IMG/VR virus record: IMGVR_UViG_3300037311_000293
Direction: 5' to 3' (one strand)
Length of the DNA: 64,000 nucleotides
DNA from: a virus
Shown here: in pieces, positions 8,425-16,965 of the stretch
Layout of the letters: each line of letters starts with the position of its first letter
How positions within the stretch are numbered: position 1 is the stretch's first letter
Notes under the pieces: model-generated
Told to the model about the DNA's origin: nothing
Seen by the model: only the letters and a program-made list of their open reading frames with translations
Databases searched by the model: none
Position numbers and translations under genes: made by a program

Positions 8425-9173
8425 GTTCTGATAGGTCTTCTGCCTGTTTTCTCGCCACTAGCGGCCTGGACGCGCTCGAGTCGTATCTGCTGCGCCACAT
8501 CGGCGTACTTGATGTGCGGAGGCTTGGCCTCTTCGTTCAGTACGTACTCCCACGCCCGTCCTTGCTTCTTACCGTTGGCCTTGATCCATTTGTTCTGCAC
8601 CCACCGCGTCATGCTCATCCCGATGTTGCGGAAGTCTGAGCTGGTGAGAAAGCCACGCTCCAAGCAATCAAGGCACAGATTGATCGCCTTGACCTTCCAT
8701 GGAGTGATCTTCGTCGGACTGCGTACACCGGCTGGCGTCCAGAGCTCGATGTCGGGATACCACAGCGGTGTGCCGTAGTACTGCTTCATCCGGAGCGGAA
8801 GAGCATCGAGAATAGTTGGATCCTTTTTCCGTTTCGGGTGGGTTTCATAGACCTCTACCTGAAGCCGGCGAGCGAGCTCACGAAAGTCCGAGGTGGCCGT
8901 GGGTACGAGTGCGACGTGGAAATCTGGACCCGCATCGCCGTGCCACGCAGGCATCGCCTGCCTAAGAACCGTGACGTTGGCCTGCATCTTGGCCTCTACA
9001 GCTATCTGCATGCCGGGCGTCGCCTGACGCGTCGTCGTCTTGTTCGTGGCAACGAGCAGAAGATCGCAATCCGAGGTCTCGGGATACACAGACCATCCCC
9101 TGCCACGTGCGAGCTCGCTAAAGCGGTCGCAAAGGTCTTTCTCGTTCTTGAGATCGTGCTTCTTTCGTCCCAT
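8421..9173 (-). CDS. PD-(D/E)XK nuclease-like phage protein
   Basis: YPET...DLLLV...IAVEAK pattern. Confidence 0.55.
   Translation of the reverse strand: MGRKKHDLKNEKDLCDRFSELARGRGWSVYPETSDCDLLLVATNKTTTRQATPGMQIAVEAKMQANVTVLRQAMPAWHGDAGPDFHVALVPTATSDFRELARRLQVEVYETHPKRKKDPTILDALPLRMKQYYGTPLWYPDIELWTPAGVRSPTKITPWKVKAINLCLDCLERGFLTSSDFRNIGMSMTRWVQNKWIKANGKKQGRAWEYVLNEEAKPPHIKYADVAQQIRLERVQAASGEKTGRRPIRT
8428..8434 (-). promoter_or_regulatory. CTATNAG motif (CTATCAG)
   Basis: At the gene junction, oriented toward the methyltransferase-like gene. Confidence 0.4.
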
Positions 9174-9188
9174 GACCAACACCGTAGC

Positions 9189-9215
9189 AAAAAGGGCGGT
9201 GAGATCACCGCCCTT
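9189..9215 (-). terminator. intrinsic terminator
   Basis: AAGGGCGGTGA/TCACCGCCCTT stem plus TTTTT. Confidence 0.8.
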
Positions 9216-9219
9216 GAGT

Positions 9220-9885
9220 TCAACTTCTGATGATGTCCGCTGCGGCTACTGTTCCTCGCCGCTGCTCCTCTTCTTGCTGAGCAGCGCGTTGTAGGCGCTG
9301 TCTTCGTGCGGCTTCACGATCTACTCGGTAGAACCGGTTGTGTAGACGAAGCTGAGCACCATCTTCGATGCTGCGTACTGTTCGTGTCAGAAGAACACCT
9401 CCAGCAGGCGTTCGGTCCATGCTGCCTCCCCAGTGCTCGGCCTGGGGAAGGGGGTCCGTCAGTCTGCCTGCCTCGAACAACGCCACTGTTTCACGGACAT
9501 GATCCCACGCCGGAGCGTAGTTCCGCCAATCCACGACACTCGGCATTCCGGGGTCGGATACCAGAGGACCCCACGGCAGAGCTCGAACCCATGCTTGTCT
9601 CGACGACGGGCGGCGAACTCTGTGAACGGAACAGTACCTCCGGATCGTGGTCTCGAACCGATAGGCACCTCGAGTTTCTCGGATCGACTGCCATCGACGA
9701 AGAAGCACGTGACTGATTGCTGAGTGCTCGGTCCGGTTTCTCCAACCGGCCTCGGCCACCAAGCACTGAGCCAGCGCCAATCGAGTGGAGTCGTCCCACA
9801 CCGGTGTCGTTTCCGACGCCGATGCCTCCTGGGGGCCAAGAAGGAGCCCCAAGGTGGTCAGAATCAAGATGGTGTACGTACGCAT
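9220..9885 (-). CDS. secreted cell-wall hydrolase-like (SleB/Hydrolase_2-like) protein
   Basis: N-terminal signal peptide ending ASA; LALAQCLVAEAG resembles the catalytic helix LA..I..EA.G. Confidence 0.55.
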   Translation of the reverse strand: MRTYTILILTTLGLLLGPQEASASETTPVWDDSTRLALAQCLVAEAGWRNRTEHSAISHVLLRRWQSIRETRGAYRFETTIRRYCSVHRVRRPSSRQAWVRALPWGPLVSDPGMPSVVDWRNYAPAWDHVRETVALFEAGRLTDPLPQAEHWGGSMDRTPAGGVLLTRTVRSIEDGAQLRLHNRFYRVDREAARRQRLQRAAQQEEEQRRGTVAAADIIRS

Positions 9886-9900
9886 TTCTATCTCCCAGGA

Positions 9901-10485
9901 TCAAGTGGTGTACTTGATCTGTCTGTGCACCGGTGTTGTGCCGTGCTTCTTGATGGCACGCCGGTGTTCCTCGGTGCCGTAACCAAAGTTCCTCTCCCAG
10001 CCGTATGCAGGGTACTCCGCGTGAAGTTTGATCATCGCGTCGTTTCTGAGGGTCTTTGCTACGACACTGGCCGCACCCACGGCGACGATGCGATCGTCGG
10101 CCTTGGGCATGAACCGAACATGTAGATGTGGTCTAACACGAGACAGCGTCCTGGCGACTATAGAGTCGGGGAGGCCGTCGATCACGATTTTTGCTGTAGT
10201 GTCCTCCGTAGTGAGACGCTTGATCACTTCGATTACGGCGCGACGCCATGCCGTACCGTGTCCTTCTTGCTTCATCTGATCGGCACTGACGTACTCGCAT
10301 ACGGCATGTGCCGTGTCAGCTATCTCGACGAACATGCGCCGACGAGCCTGGTCGCTGAGCTTCTTGGAGTCCCGTACCCCAGCCGCCCTTAGATAGGCCG
10401 CTGTGGTTTCATCCATCGCAGCAGCAACAACCGTGAACGGACCAGCCCACGCCCCAGTACCAGACTCATCGACGCCGATGATCAT
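9901..10485 (-). CDS. rnhB: ribonuclease HII
   Basis: IIGVDESG.G..AGP, DSKKLS, IDG, AASVVAK, GYGT..H. Confidence 0.93.
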   Translation of the reverse strand: MIIGVDESGTGAWAGPFTVVAAAMDETTAAYLRAAGVRDSKKLSDQARRRMFVEIADTAHAVCEYVSADQMKQEGHGTAWRRAVIEVIKRLTTEDTTAKIVIDGLPDSIVARTLSRVRPHLHVRFMPKADDRIVAVGAASVVAKTLRNDAMIKLHAEYPAYGWERNFGYGTEEHRRAIKKHGTTPVHRQIKYTT

Positions 10486-11078
10486 GCTTGCTTGAGCTCC
10501 ATCATGATTTCCACGAAGGCGTAGCTCTGTCTCCGTGCATCCTCAAGCGCAACATGAGGCTGATCGCCCGAGATCCATTCGGGCTTCCAATGCCGACGCC
10601 TGGATTCCGGGTACGTCTTACCCAAGGCGACCATCGCGAGCGTCGGCAGATCGAGGCATCCGATGCCGCAGTGGTTCTCCGCAGCGAACGCTGCCCAACG
10701 CGGCTCGTAGGACTCCATGTAATCGCGTAGGAGCGGGAAATCGAACGCCGCTGGGTTGGCGACGAAGGCGATGCCCTCGCCCTCCTTCTTCAGGCCGAGG
10801 AGCCAGTTCATGAAGTACGGGATCGCCGTTTCGGGCTCCCACGGAGAGCTGGTTGACGCCGCCAATGCCTTCTCGTTCTCCGGCAATGCCCACCACGCCC
10901 GCGTGTCCGCGTCCCAGGAGCGCCACGGCGGCACCTCGAGGTTCATCGTGAAGTCGGAGACCGGCTCCAGCGTACTTCCAACGAGCTCCTGTCGATGTGC
11001 GACGGCACCGATGCTCAGAACCGCATGACGGCGGGGCACCCATCCAGTGGTCTCGAGGTCGAAGTTGATGTAGATCAC
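10482..11078 (-). CDS. DEDD 3'-5' exonuclease (oligoribonuclease/Rv2179c-like)
   Basis: FDLETTG, FDFP, HVALEDAR. Confidence 0.85.
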   Translation of the reverse strand: MIYINFDLETTGWVPRRHAVLSIGAVAHRQELVGSTLEPVSDFTMNLEVPPWRSWDADTRAWWALPENEKALAASTSSPWEPETAIPYFMNWLLGLKKEGEGIAFVANPAAFDFPLLRDYMESYEPRWAAFAAENHCGIGCLDLPTLAMVALGKTYPESRRRHWKPEWISGDQPHVALEDARRQSYAFVEIMMELKQA

Positions 11079-11563
11079 AGATTCCTCTTGTGCTTTCGGA
11101 TCACAGACATGATTCGGTCAACGGCGATTTGGTGCCGTTCTCGTGTTGGAAACTTCGTCAGTACAGGACGGATAGCCTCGCGTCCCGCAGGGGTCATGTT
11201 GAGCTCAGACATCATCCGCAGGAAAGCGACTCCTAGCGGCCGGCCGAATACCTCTTTTCCGGTAACGATCTCGAAGACTCGCATCACAATGGCTTGCGTA
11301 CGAATCTCATCGATGTCCTTGGCGAGATTCCTACGATCCTTCTGAATCTCCCAAAACGCTGCCGGCGCCTCGCCAATATCCTCGGTCAGCACCCCGGCCA
11401 GTTCGTAGTGCGCGAGCTCGTGAACGATGTACTCGAAGTACCCGTATTCCTTTGCCCCGAAGGCGTGTGCAACGTGGGTGAAGCCGAAGGATTCGTCGAT
11501 CTCTATGTCCAGGTCATAGCCGATCGACAAGGCTATGGCCTCGAGTTTAGAGGGGGTGTACAT
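11075..11563 (-). CDS. HExxH-motif protein
   Basis: HELAHYEL plus downstream EIRTQA; start moved to MYTPSK. Confidence 0.6.
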   Translation of the reverse strand: MYTPSKLEAIALSIGYDLDIEIDESFGFTHVAHAFGAKEYGYFEYIVHELAHYELAGVLTEDIGEAPAAFWEIQKDRRNLAKDIDEIRTQAIVMRVFEIVTGKEVFGRPLGVAFLRMMSELNMTPAGREAIRPVLTKFPTRERHQIAVDRIMSVIRKHKRNL

Positions 11564-11574
11564 GCTCTCTAACG

Positions 11575-11581
11575 CTGATAG
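11575..11581 (-). promoter_or_regulatory. CTATNAG motif (CTATCAG)
   Basis: 11 nt upstream of ATG 11563, after a terminator. Confidence 0.6.
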
Positions 11582-11585
11582 GCGC

Positions 11586-11612
11586 AAAAAGATGATCGTT
11601 ACCGACCATCTT
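11586..11612 (-). terminator. intrinsic terminator
   Basis: AAGATG.TCG/CGA.CATCTT stem plus TTTTT. Confidence 0.6.
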
Positions 11613-11618
11613 CTTCAA

Positions 11619-12755
11619 TCACCACTGCACCTGGACGACTCCTGTGGTGTGCGTGCGGTAGCACCACAACCCGAAGTCGGCATAGGCACAGAGATGCGCG
11701 TTCCCCTGGAGCAGCGTGACTTCATAGTCCACGAGGTCAGTGATCACAGTGGTCTGCCAGAACGAGTCGCGGCGCTGACAACGTACGCGGTCGGTCACCC
11801 AGGCGCAGTCGTTCTGCAACCACAACCGGCGATCGTTCTCGCCGGCACGGCCGATCTGATACGACCCACAATCCGTCGTAGCACCGGGCTTGGAGCGGCA
11901 CGTACCGTCGAACAAGTCGAAGGCCACACCACCGGTCCCGTCGAACGCCAACACGCCTTCCGGGCGCGCGCCTGCGACTGACTGACGAACCACGACATCG
12001 GCGCACTCTCGAGGAATGTCCGTCGTTGTCACCCGGCAGTCGTAGGAGTAGAGACCGCGGGTCGAGTGATAGCACCTGACCTCGCTGCCTCTCCATCCGC
12101 AGACCGACATCACACCGTACTCCGAAGATCGCGAGCTGAACCCGCTGCCCTTGGCCAGCCTGTCGAGGACGAGCCCTGGCGCCTCGTACATCACACCCGA
12201 GGGCACTGCACCGGATACCGGGCGCTCTGCGTTGGCACACCACGTCGACCCGTCCGCCCGAAGCGCACAGGTCCCTGCGGCACTGACAAACCCGCTGCCG
12301 AACCAGCGCGGGCGCAGGAGCGCGTCGGCCTCGGCCTCCCAGCCGTATCGACCCCAGCACCAGAAGTGTCCGGCGTCGTCGACGGCACAGTTGGCCTCGG
12401 TGATGTCGACCGCAGCCCCCACCGGGGTCTCCGGAGGACCAGGCGGCCCGGCATCGACGCCGGAGTCCACACCACCATCGGTACCGCCATCCATCCCGGC
12501 GTCGCTGGGCTCGATCCCGACGTCGGCGCCGGCGTCAGAGCCATCCATCCCGGCATCCGTACCATCGACCCCAGAATCGGGCCCGGCGTCCGTACCGCCA
12601 TCCCCGAAGCCACCATCACTGCCGGCGTCATCACTGCCGGCGTCGCCGAAGATACCAGTATCCGCGACACCAGCGTCCTGCATGCTTTGCGCATCGATCC
12701 CCGGCACGGGGCGAGCGCTACCACACGCGACCAGAAACACGAAGATCATGCGCAT
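11619..12755 (-). CDS. lipoprotein with DAG/DGG low-complexity linker and RCC1-like repeats
   Basis: Lipobox LVAC-G; many DAG/DGG/DSG units; CAVDDAGHFWCWG and CALRADGSTWC repeats. Confidence 0.85.
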   Translation of the reverse strand: MRMIFVFLVACGSARPVPGIDAQSMQDAGVADTGIFGDAGSDDAGSDGGFGDGGTDAGPDSGVDGTDAGMDGSDAGADVGIEPSDAGMDGGTDGGVDSGVDAGPPGPPETPVGAAVDITEANCAVDDAGHFWCWGRYGWEAEADALLRPRWFGSGFVSAAGTCALRADGSTWCANAERPVSGAVPSGVMYEAPGLVLDRLAKGSGFSSRSSEYGVMSVCGWRGSEVRCYHSTRGLYSYDCRVTTTDIPRECADVVVRQSVAGARPEGVLAFDGTGGVAFDLFDGTCRSKPGATTDCGSYQIGRAGENDRRLWLQNDCAWVTDRVRCQRRDSFWQTTVITDLVDYEVTLLQGNAHLCAYADFGLWCYRTHTTGVVQVQW

Positions 12756-12775
12756 AGTTACCTCCTCTTCGCTAT

Positions 12776-12782
12776 CTTATAG
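12776..12782 (-). promoter_or_regulatory. CTATNAG motif (GCCTATAAGAT)
   Basis: 20 nt upstream of the lipoprotein ATG, with GAGGAGG RBS in between. Confidence 0.6.
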
Positions 12783-12800
12783 GCGATTTTGAGGGGGTAT

Positions 12801-13325
12801 TCAGACCATCGAAACGGCCTCCATGAGCGTGACACCTGCCGGCAGAAACCTCGACGCCTTCCGGGACAGCGCTTCACGCACGCGCCTCTGCTGACGATTC
12901 GCTCGACCAGACATCAACTGCTTGATGTGAGACAGCGTACGAAGTTGCTGATCGTTGAGGCGGCTGAGCTCCCTCATCACCTCGTCCCGCCTCCCGATGA
13001 GATCCGGCTCCGTATTGATCTCGTCGGTCTTCGGCTTTTCGGCGATGTGCACCGCATCCGGGCTTACGCCCAACGACGCCGCAACGCGGACCTCGAGGGC
13101 CGAGTAGTCGACACCGAGAAGAGTGCCGTCCGCGGTGCCCTTGACCTCGGTCTCTTCGGTCTTCGCGATCTCTTCGGTCTTCTGCGTGTCGATGTGCGCG
13201 CGGTACAGCTCGATGAGCTGGTCTTTCTTTTCGCGGGAGCGACCCTTCGCGAGCTCAGGATGCTCCTGGCGCAGGAACTGGATCATCTCGTCTCGCGTGA
13301 GGGCCTTGAACTCTTCGATCTTCAT
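12801..13325 (-). CDS. hypothetical protein with N-terminal Rho-N/HeH-like domain
   Basis: FKALTRDEMIQFLR...KKDQLIELY; internal DYSALEVRVAA segment. Confidence 0.6.
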   Translation of the reverse strand: MKIEEFKALTRDEMIQFLRQEHPELAKGRSREKKDQLIELYRAHIDTQKTEEIAKTEETEVKGTADGTLLGVDYSALEVRVAASLGVSPDAVHIAEKPKTDEINTEPDLIGRRDEVMRELSRLNDQQLRTLSHIKQLMSGRANRQQRRVREALSRKASRFLPAGVTLMEAVSMV

Positions 13326-13741
13326 AGCGGACCTTCCCATACTGTAGACCCGTCTCGGTACACACCGAGGATTGGGGTCCCTATCTTCCTGGCAAACTCA
13401 ACGATCTCACGATCTGCTGTATCCAACCGATGAACAGCAGATTTATCGAACACGTTTCGAGGAAACCCAATGAGCAGATCTACCCCATCCAGCAGAGCTA
13501 CAGATCGCTGCTCAGAGTCGTCGTGGAGCGCGTATCCCGACCATGCACACACGCACCCCGTCACGTGATCGAAAGCCACACGACTGCCACGTACGAACAG
13601 CGCTTGCGGATTCACAGACACAACGATGCTCAGCACATCGTGAAGCATGAAGTAGTCGGTCCATGCCGTACGCGACACATCGCCCACGACGGCGACTACA
13701 GCCGAGCCACGGCGCCGAAGATGATTGATCGCGTTCTGCAT
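13322..13741 (-). CDS. divergent SLOG/YspA-like protein
   Basis: VAVVGD...DLLIGFP...IVEFARKIGTPI pattern; next to a clear SLOG gene. Confidence 0.45.
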   Translation of the reverse strand: MQNAINHLRRRGSAVVAVVGDVSRTAWTDYFMLHDVLSIVVSVNPQALFVRGSRVAFDHVTGCVCAWSGYALHDDSEQRSVALLDGVDLLIGFPRNVFDKSAVHRLDTADREIVEFARKIGTPILGVYRDGSTVWEGPL

Positions 13742-13742
13742 G

Positions 13743-14090
13743 TCAGAGCTCGTGTACGTATACGGGCTTACCCCTACTCTTCATCTTTGCGATCATGTCT
13801 GCGGTTCCCCCACTCTTGGAGAACCACACGGCGATCAGGGCATCAGCATAGTCGGCCATGCGGGTGTTGCGCAGTTTGCCGGCGGCCATGTTCTTGTCCC
13901 AGTCGGCGTCTTCGACGTAGAACGTCTTGATCGGCTTGCGATTGACCCCGGCCCACACTTCTCCAAAGGTATCAGCGCCCGCAGCACCACCGCTCACGAC
14001 TTCCGTGATCGAATAGCCGGACAACCGTATGGCGTCGAGCACGTCGGTATACTTCACGCCCTTCCTGCTACCCGCGATGATCACTTTCAT
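13743..14090 (-). CDS. SLOG family protein (YspA/DUF2493-like)
   Basis: IIAGSR, VVSGGAAGAD, AGKLRN..MA..ADALIAVW, SGGTADM. Confidence 0.85.
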   Translation of the reverse strand: MKVIIAGSRKGVKYTDVLDAIRLSGYSITEVVSGGAAGADTFGEVWAGVNRKPIKTFYVEDADWDKNMAAGKLRNTRMADYADALIAVWFSKSGGTADMIAKMKSRGKPVYVHEL

Positions 14091-15300
14091 GTTCGATGAT
14101 CCTGTTGTAGAGAGTAGTAGTTCTTGACCGCGGATCGTTGTTGGTCAACGCCGAAGCGAGACCGGTGTCGCTGTAGAACATGACCACACCCTTCTTAGCG
14201 CGCGTAACCGCGGTGTAGAGTAGCTGGCGGTTCCACATGTAGTGGTGGCTGCCGTGTACCACCACGACAACCCAGTCCCATTCCGATCCCTGCGACTTGT
14301 GGATGGTGAGAGCATAGGCGAGCCGTAGAGTCGCCGCTTCCTCACGGGTGAAGTCAACTACGTTGCCGTCGAAGTCGACTGACATCTTGTCGTCTTTGAT
14401 CTCTACGACCTCTCCAATCTCCCCGTTGAAGACGTTCTTGTCGTAGTTGTTCTCGGTGGCCATCACTTGATCACGCGCACGGATTGCGTACTTCCCGCCC
14501 TTCGACGTCTTGGCGTTGAAGTGTGGTTCGTCCTCACCGTTGATCCGTTGAATCGGATTGATTGCAGACTGCAAGTAGTTGTTCAGCTTCTCGATGCCGA
14601 TGTCGCCTGAGTTCTGCGGAGCCAAGACTTGGATATCCTTGATCCCGGCTTCGGGCATGGACTTTGTGACCATGGCCGTGAGGGTACGCGCCAGCTTTTC
14701 TGCATCCGACAGCTTGTACGCCCGAAAGTCCGGACATCCTGTCAGGATGTCGATGTCTCCTGACAGGATCAGCGGAGCGTTTCTGCACACCCAGGACTCC
14801 AGCGCAGAACGATGAACCTTCTCGAGACGGACCACGGGCAGAGCATTGGACAAGATGATGTCTTCGAAGACGCGCCCAGGACCCACTGAAGGCAACTGAT
14901 CGACGTCTCCCATGAAGAAGAGTCGGGTCTTCTGCGTGTTGACGGCGTCGAGGAGCGCTGCCGCCGTCTCCGTGTCGAGCATGGAAGACTCGTCGACGAT
15001 CAATACATCGTGAGTCAGCGGATTCTGTGCGTTGTATCCGTATTCCCAACGACCAGGGCCGCCCTTGGCATCCAGAAGCCGATGAACCGTGAACGCCGCG
15101 GTGTTGGTGACCTCTGTGATCCTCTTGGCTGCTTTGCCGGTTGGGGCTACGAGACCAACAAGCCGCCCACGCATTCGCGACAGCGCCTCCTTGAGGATCG
15201 TAGTCTTACCCGTACCAGGCCCACCGGTGACGACACCGCTACGACTGTTCACCAACATCTGAACTGCTGTCTCTTGCGTCGGATCCAGTACGATCGTCAT
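14068..15300 (-). CDS. recD: RecD2-like SF1B helicase, motor (C-terminal) part
   Basis: TGGPGTGKTT, IVDESSM, GDVDQLPSVGPG, YALTIHKSQGSE, LLYTAVTRA. Confidence 0.93.
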   Translation of the reverse strand: MTIVLDPTQETAVQMLVNSRSGVVTGGPGTGKTTILKEALSRMRGRLVGLVAPTGKAAKRITEVTNTAAFTVHRLLDAKGGPGRWEYGYNAQNPLTHDVLIVDESSMLDTETAAALLDAVNTQKTRLFFMGDVDQLPSVGPGRVFEDIILSNALPVVRLEKVHRSALESWVCRNAPLILSGDIDILTGCPDFRAYKLSDAEKLARTLTAMVTKSMPEAGIKDIQVLAPQNSGDIGIEKLNNYLQSAINPIQRINGEDEPHFNAKTSKGGKYAIRARDQVMATENNYDKNVFNGEIGEVVEIKDDKMSVDFDGNVVDFTREEAATLRLAYALTIHKSQGSEWDWVVVVVHGSHHYMWNRQLLYTAVTRAKKGVVMFYSDTGLASALTNNDPRSRTTTLYNRIIEHESDHRG

Positions 15301-16177
15301 TGTCGTCCCTCGAAAGATTGATCAGTTTGTCTGCGATCGATTGTTCTGCACGAGCCAAACCGGCAAGTTGAATGTGGTCGCGATACAGAATGACCTGTTG
15401 CAGTAGTATCGCTTGCTCCACCGCAGAGACCGCTTCTTGATACTTGATGTCCGCGAGCCCGAGTACCAGGTTCACGACCTCGAAGGGGTCCACTGCGGTG
15501 TCGCCCTCTTGAGCTCTGCGCCGCATTGCCTCCACGACGCTTGCTACAAGCCTGTTCTCACTTGTACGGCTCTGAGCCTTGGCGGCCCGAATAGCATCCA
15601 AGCGGTCGTAGGACAGGTTGACGCCCTCGACGAAGTACAGGGCGAAGACCTCGTTGATGAAGTCGTCGAGTACGATCCCGGAGCGTCGAAGCCTGTGGAC
15701 CTCAGTCGCGGTGAACCCGCAGTTGTAGCAAGTGACGTAGTACTCGCGCTCTTCCTTGAACTTGATGTACGCAGTACGGATCTCTTCCGCGCGTTCGAGA
15801 GTGATACCGCTGATCGCAGCAAGACGTACCGGCTCGAACTCGATGACATCCCAGAGCTCCTCACCGAAGGTCTCCACGAGAGCCTTCACGCGCTGCGGCC
15901 CGATCTGGGGAAGTCGATCGATCATCCACTTCTCGTTGGCCGCGTTGCCCGTGGGTGCACTTCTGATCACCGTAGATACAGCGAACTGCCGCCCATACTT
16001 CGGGTGCTCTTTCCATTGACCCGTGAGATCGACGACATCGCCTACGCGAAACTCTTCAAGATGACCGCTGATTTGGTAGAACCGCGGACCGCTCTGAAGC
16101 GTGCCGTATTTCCACCCATCCCACGACTTGCTCGAAAGCGCGGTGATCTCACCGCTCAGCCCTACGATTACGCTCAT
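15239..16177 (-). CDS. RecD2 N-terminal part (OB fold plus HhH)
   Basis: GQWKEHPKYGRQF, LPQIGPQR...FG, AEEI. Confidence 0.85.
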   Translation of the reverse strand: MSVIVGLSGEITALSSKSWDGWKYGTLQSGPRFYQISGHLEEFRVGDVVDLTGQWKEHPKYGRQFAVSTVIRSAPTGNAANEKWMIDRLPQIGPQRVKALVETFGEELWDVIEFEPVRLAAISGITLERAEEIRTAYIKFKEEREYYVTCYNCGFTATEVHRLRRSGIVLDDFINEVFALYFVEGVNLSYDRLDAIRAAKAQSRTSENRLVASVVEAMRRRAQEGDTAVDPFEVVNLVLGLADIKYQEAVSAVEQAILLQQVILYRDHIQLAGLARAEQSIADKLINLSRDDNDDRTGSDARDSSSDVGEQS

Positions 16178-16445
16178 CCAGCAACTCCCTGAGTTTCGCA
16201 GGAGGACTGACCTCGTATCCCGGCGGATCGGCCAGAAAGGGTACCCACTCCTGTACGTCGAACACGAAAAAGATCACCCATACCTCGGAGGTGTGGCGAT
16301 CTACATAACATCCGATGTCAGAGCCCGACAGCATGAACCCTGATCCATCAGCCGCCGTGAACCGTGCATCGTTCCCTTCTCTGATCACCGTACCATACCC
16401 AAACAGCGGGCAGTATGTGATACAGGGATCAGAAAGGGATGTCAT
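16149..16445 (-). CDS. hypothetical protein
   Basis: Fills the operon gap; start uncertain. Confidence 0.45.
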   Translation of the reverse strand: MTSLSDPCITYCPLFGYGTVIREGNDARFTAADGSGFMLSGSDIGCYVDRHTSEVWVIFFVFDVQEWVPFLADPPGYEVSPPAKLRELLDERNRRAER

Positions 16446-16707
16446 CTGACCCGAAATCATCTTCGGGGAAGTCGACCCCACGAGGCTGTGGTCTTCGTCC
16501 TTTTGTATCAGACCGCTTCCCAGTCCCGCGCGGCTTGACCACGAGCTTGGCCGTTTCCGGGAGCCTGGACAGATCCAGAAGCGGATTGAGGTGCAGCACC
16601 AACCCGCTGTCGTCCCCGCGCAGGGGCCAGGCAACACCACAGACGTGCCATCTGTTGTCGATGACCACGAGAATGTCGTGCGTCGGGGGTACGCGCTCGT
16701 TACTCAT
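16429..16707 (-). CDS. small ssDNA-binding-like protein with acidic DDIPF tail
   Basis: W..CGVAW....G..L.L core; C-terminal EDDFGSDDIPF. Confidence 0.6.
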   Translation of the reverse strand: MSNERVPPTHDILVVIDNRWHVCGVAWPLRGDDSGLVLHLNPLLDLSRLPETAKLVVKPRGTGKRSDTKGRRPQPRGVDFPEDDFGSDDIPF

Positions 16708-16876
16708 CGTGAACCTCGAGACGTCGGTGCATCTTGTTGATCTTCGCACACAGAGCCGGAAAGGCTTTGTTTCTGCGAAGGACACTGGTGTCTCCACCAC
16801 GAGCCAGAGCGTTGAACAGCGCGTTCAGGAGGATGATCTCCTCGTCACTGAACGACGTAGAAAGTCGCTTCTTCAT
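16700..16876 (-). CDS. 58-aa hypothetical protein (absent from the ORF track)
   Basis: Hand translation MKKRLSTSFSDEEIILLNALFNALARGG...; GAGG RBS; overlaps the next start. Confidence 0.6.
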   Translation of the reverse strand: MKKRLSTSFSDEEIILLNALFNALARGGDTSVLRRNKAFPALCAKINKMHRRLEVHDE

Positions 16877-16894
16877 GTGGCCTCAGTTAGTAAC

Positions 16895-16951
16895 GAGGAT
16901 CCGCGCTTCATTGGAGGAGAGAACGAGAGGAGGTACGAAGCGCGGATCCTC
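16895..16951 (-). ncRNA. candidate structured leader/small RNA: 15-bp stem with an anti-SD loop
   Basis: GAGGATCCGCGCTTC / GAAGCGCGGATCCTC perfect inverted repeat; 27-nt loop contains ACCUCCU and CUCCUCC in the sense direction. Confidence 0.45.
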
Positions 16952-16956
16952 AAATA

Positions 16957-16963
16957 CTGATAG
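16957..16963 (-). promoter_or_regulatory. CTATNAG motif (CTATCAG)
   Basis: Between the thyA terminator and the hairpin. Confidence 0.6.
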
Positions 16964-16965
16964 GC

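Noticed and set aside
11900-12720. GC-rich short repeats as a DNA-level repeat element
   Set aside because: They are fully explained by the DAG/DGG peptide linker and Cys repeats of the lipoprotein.
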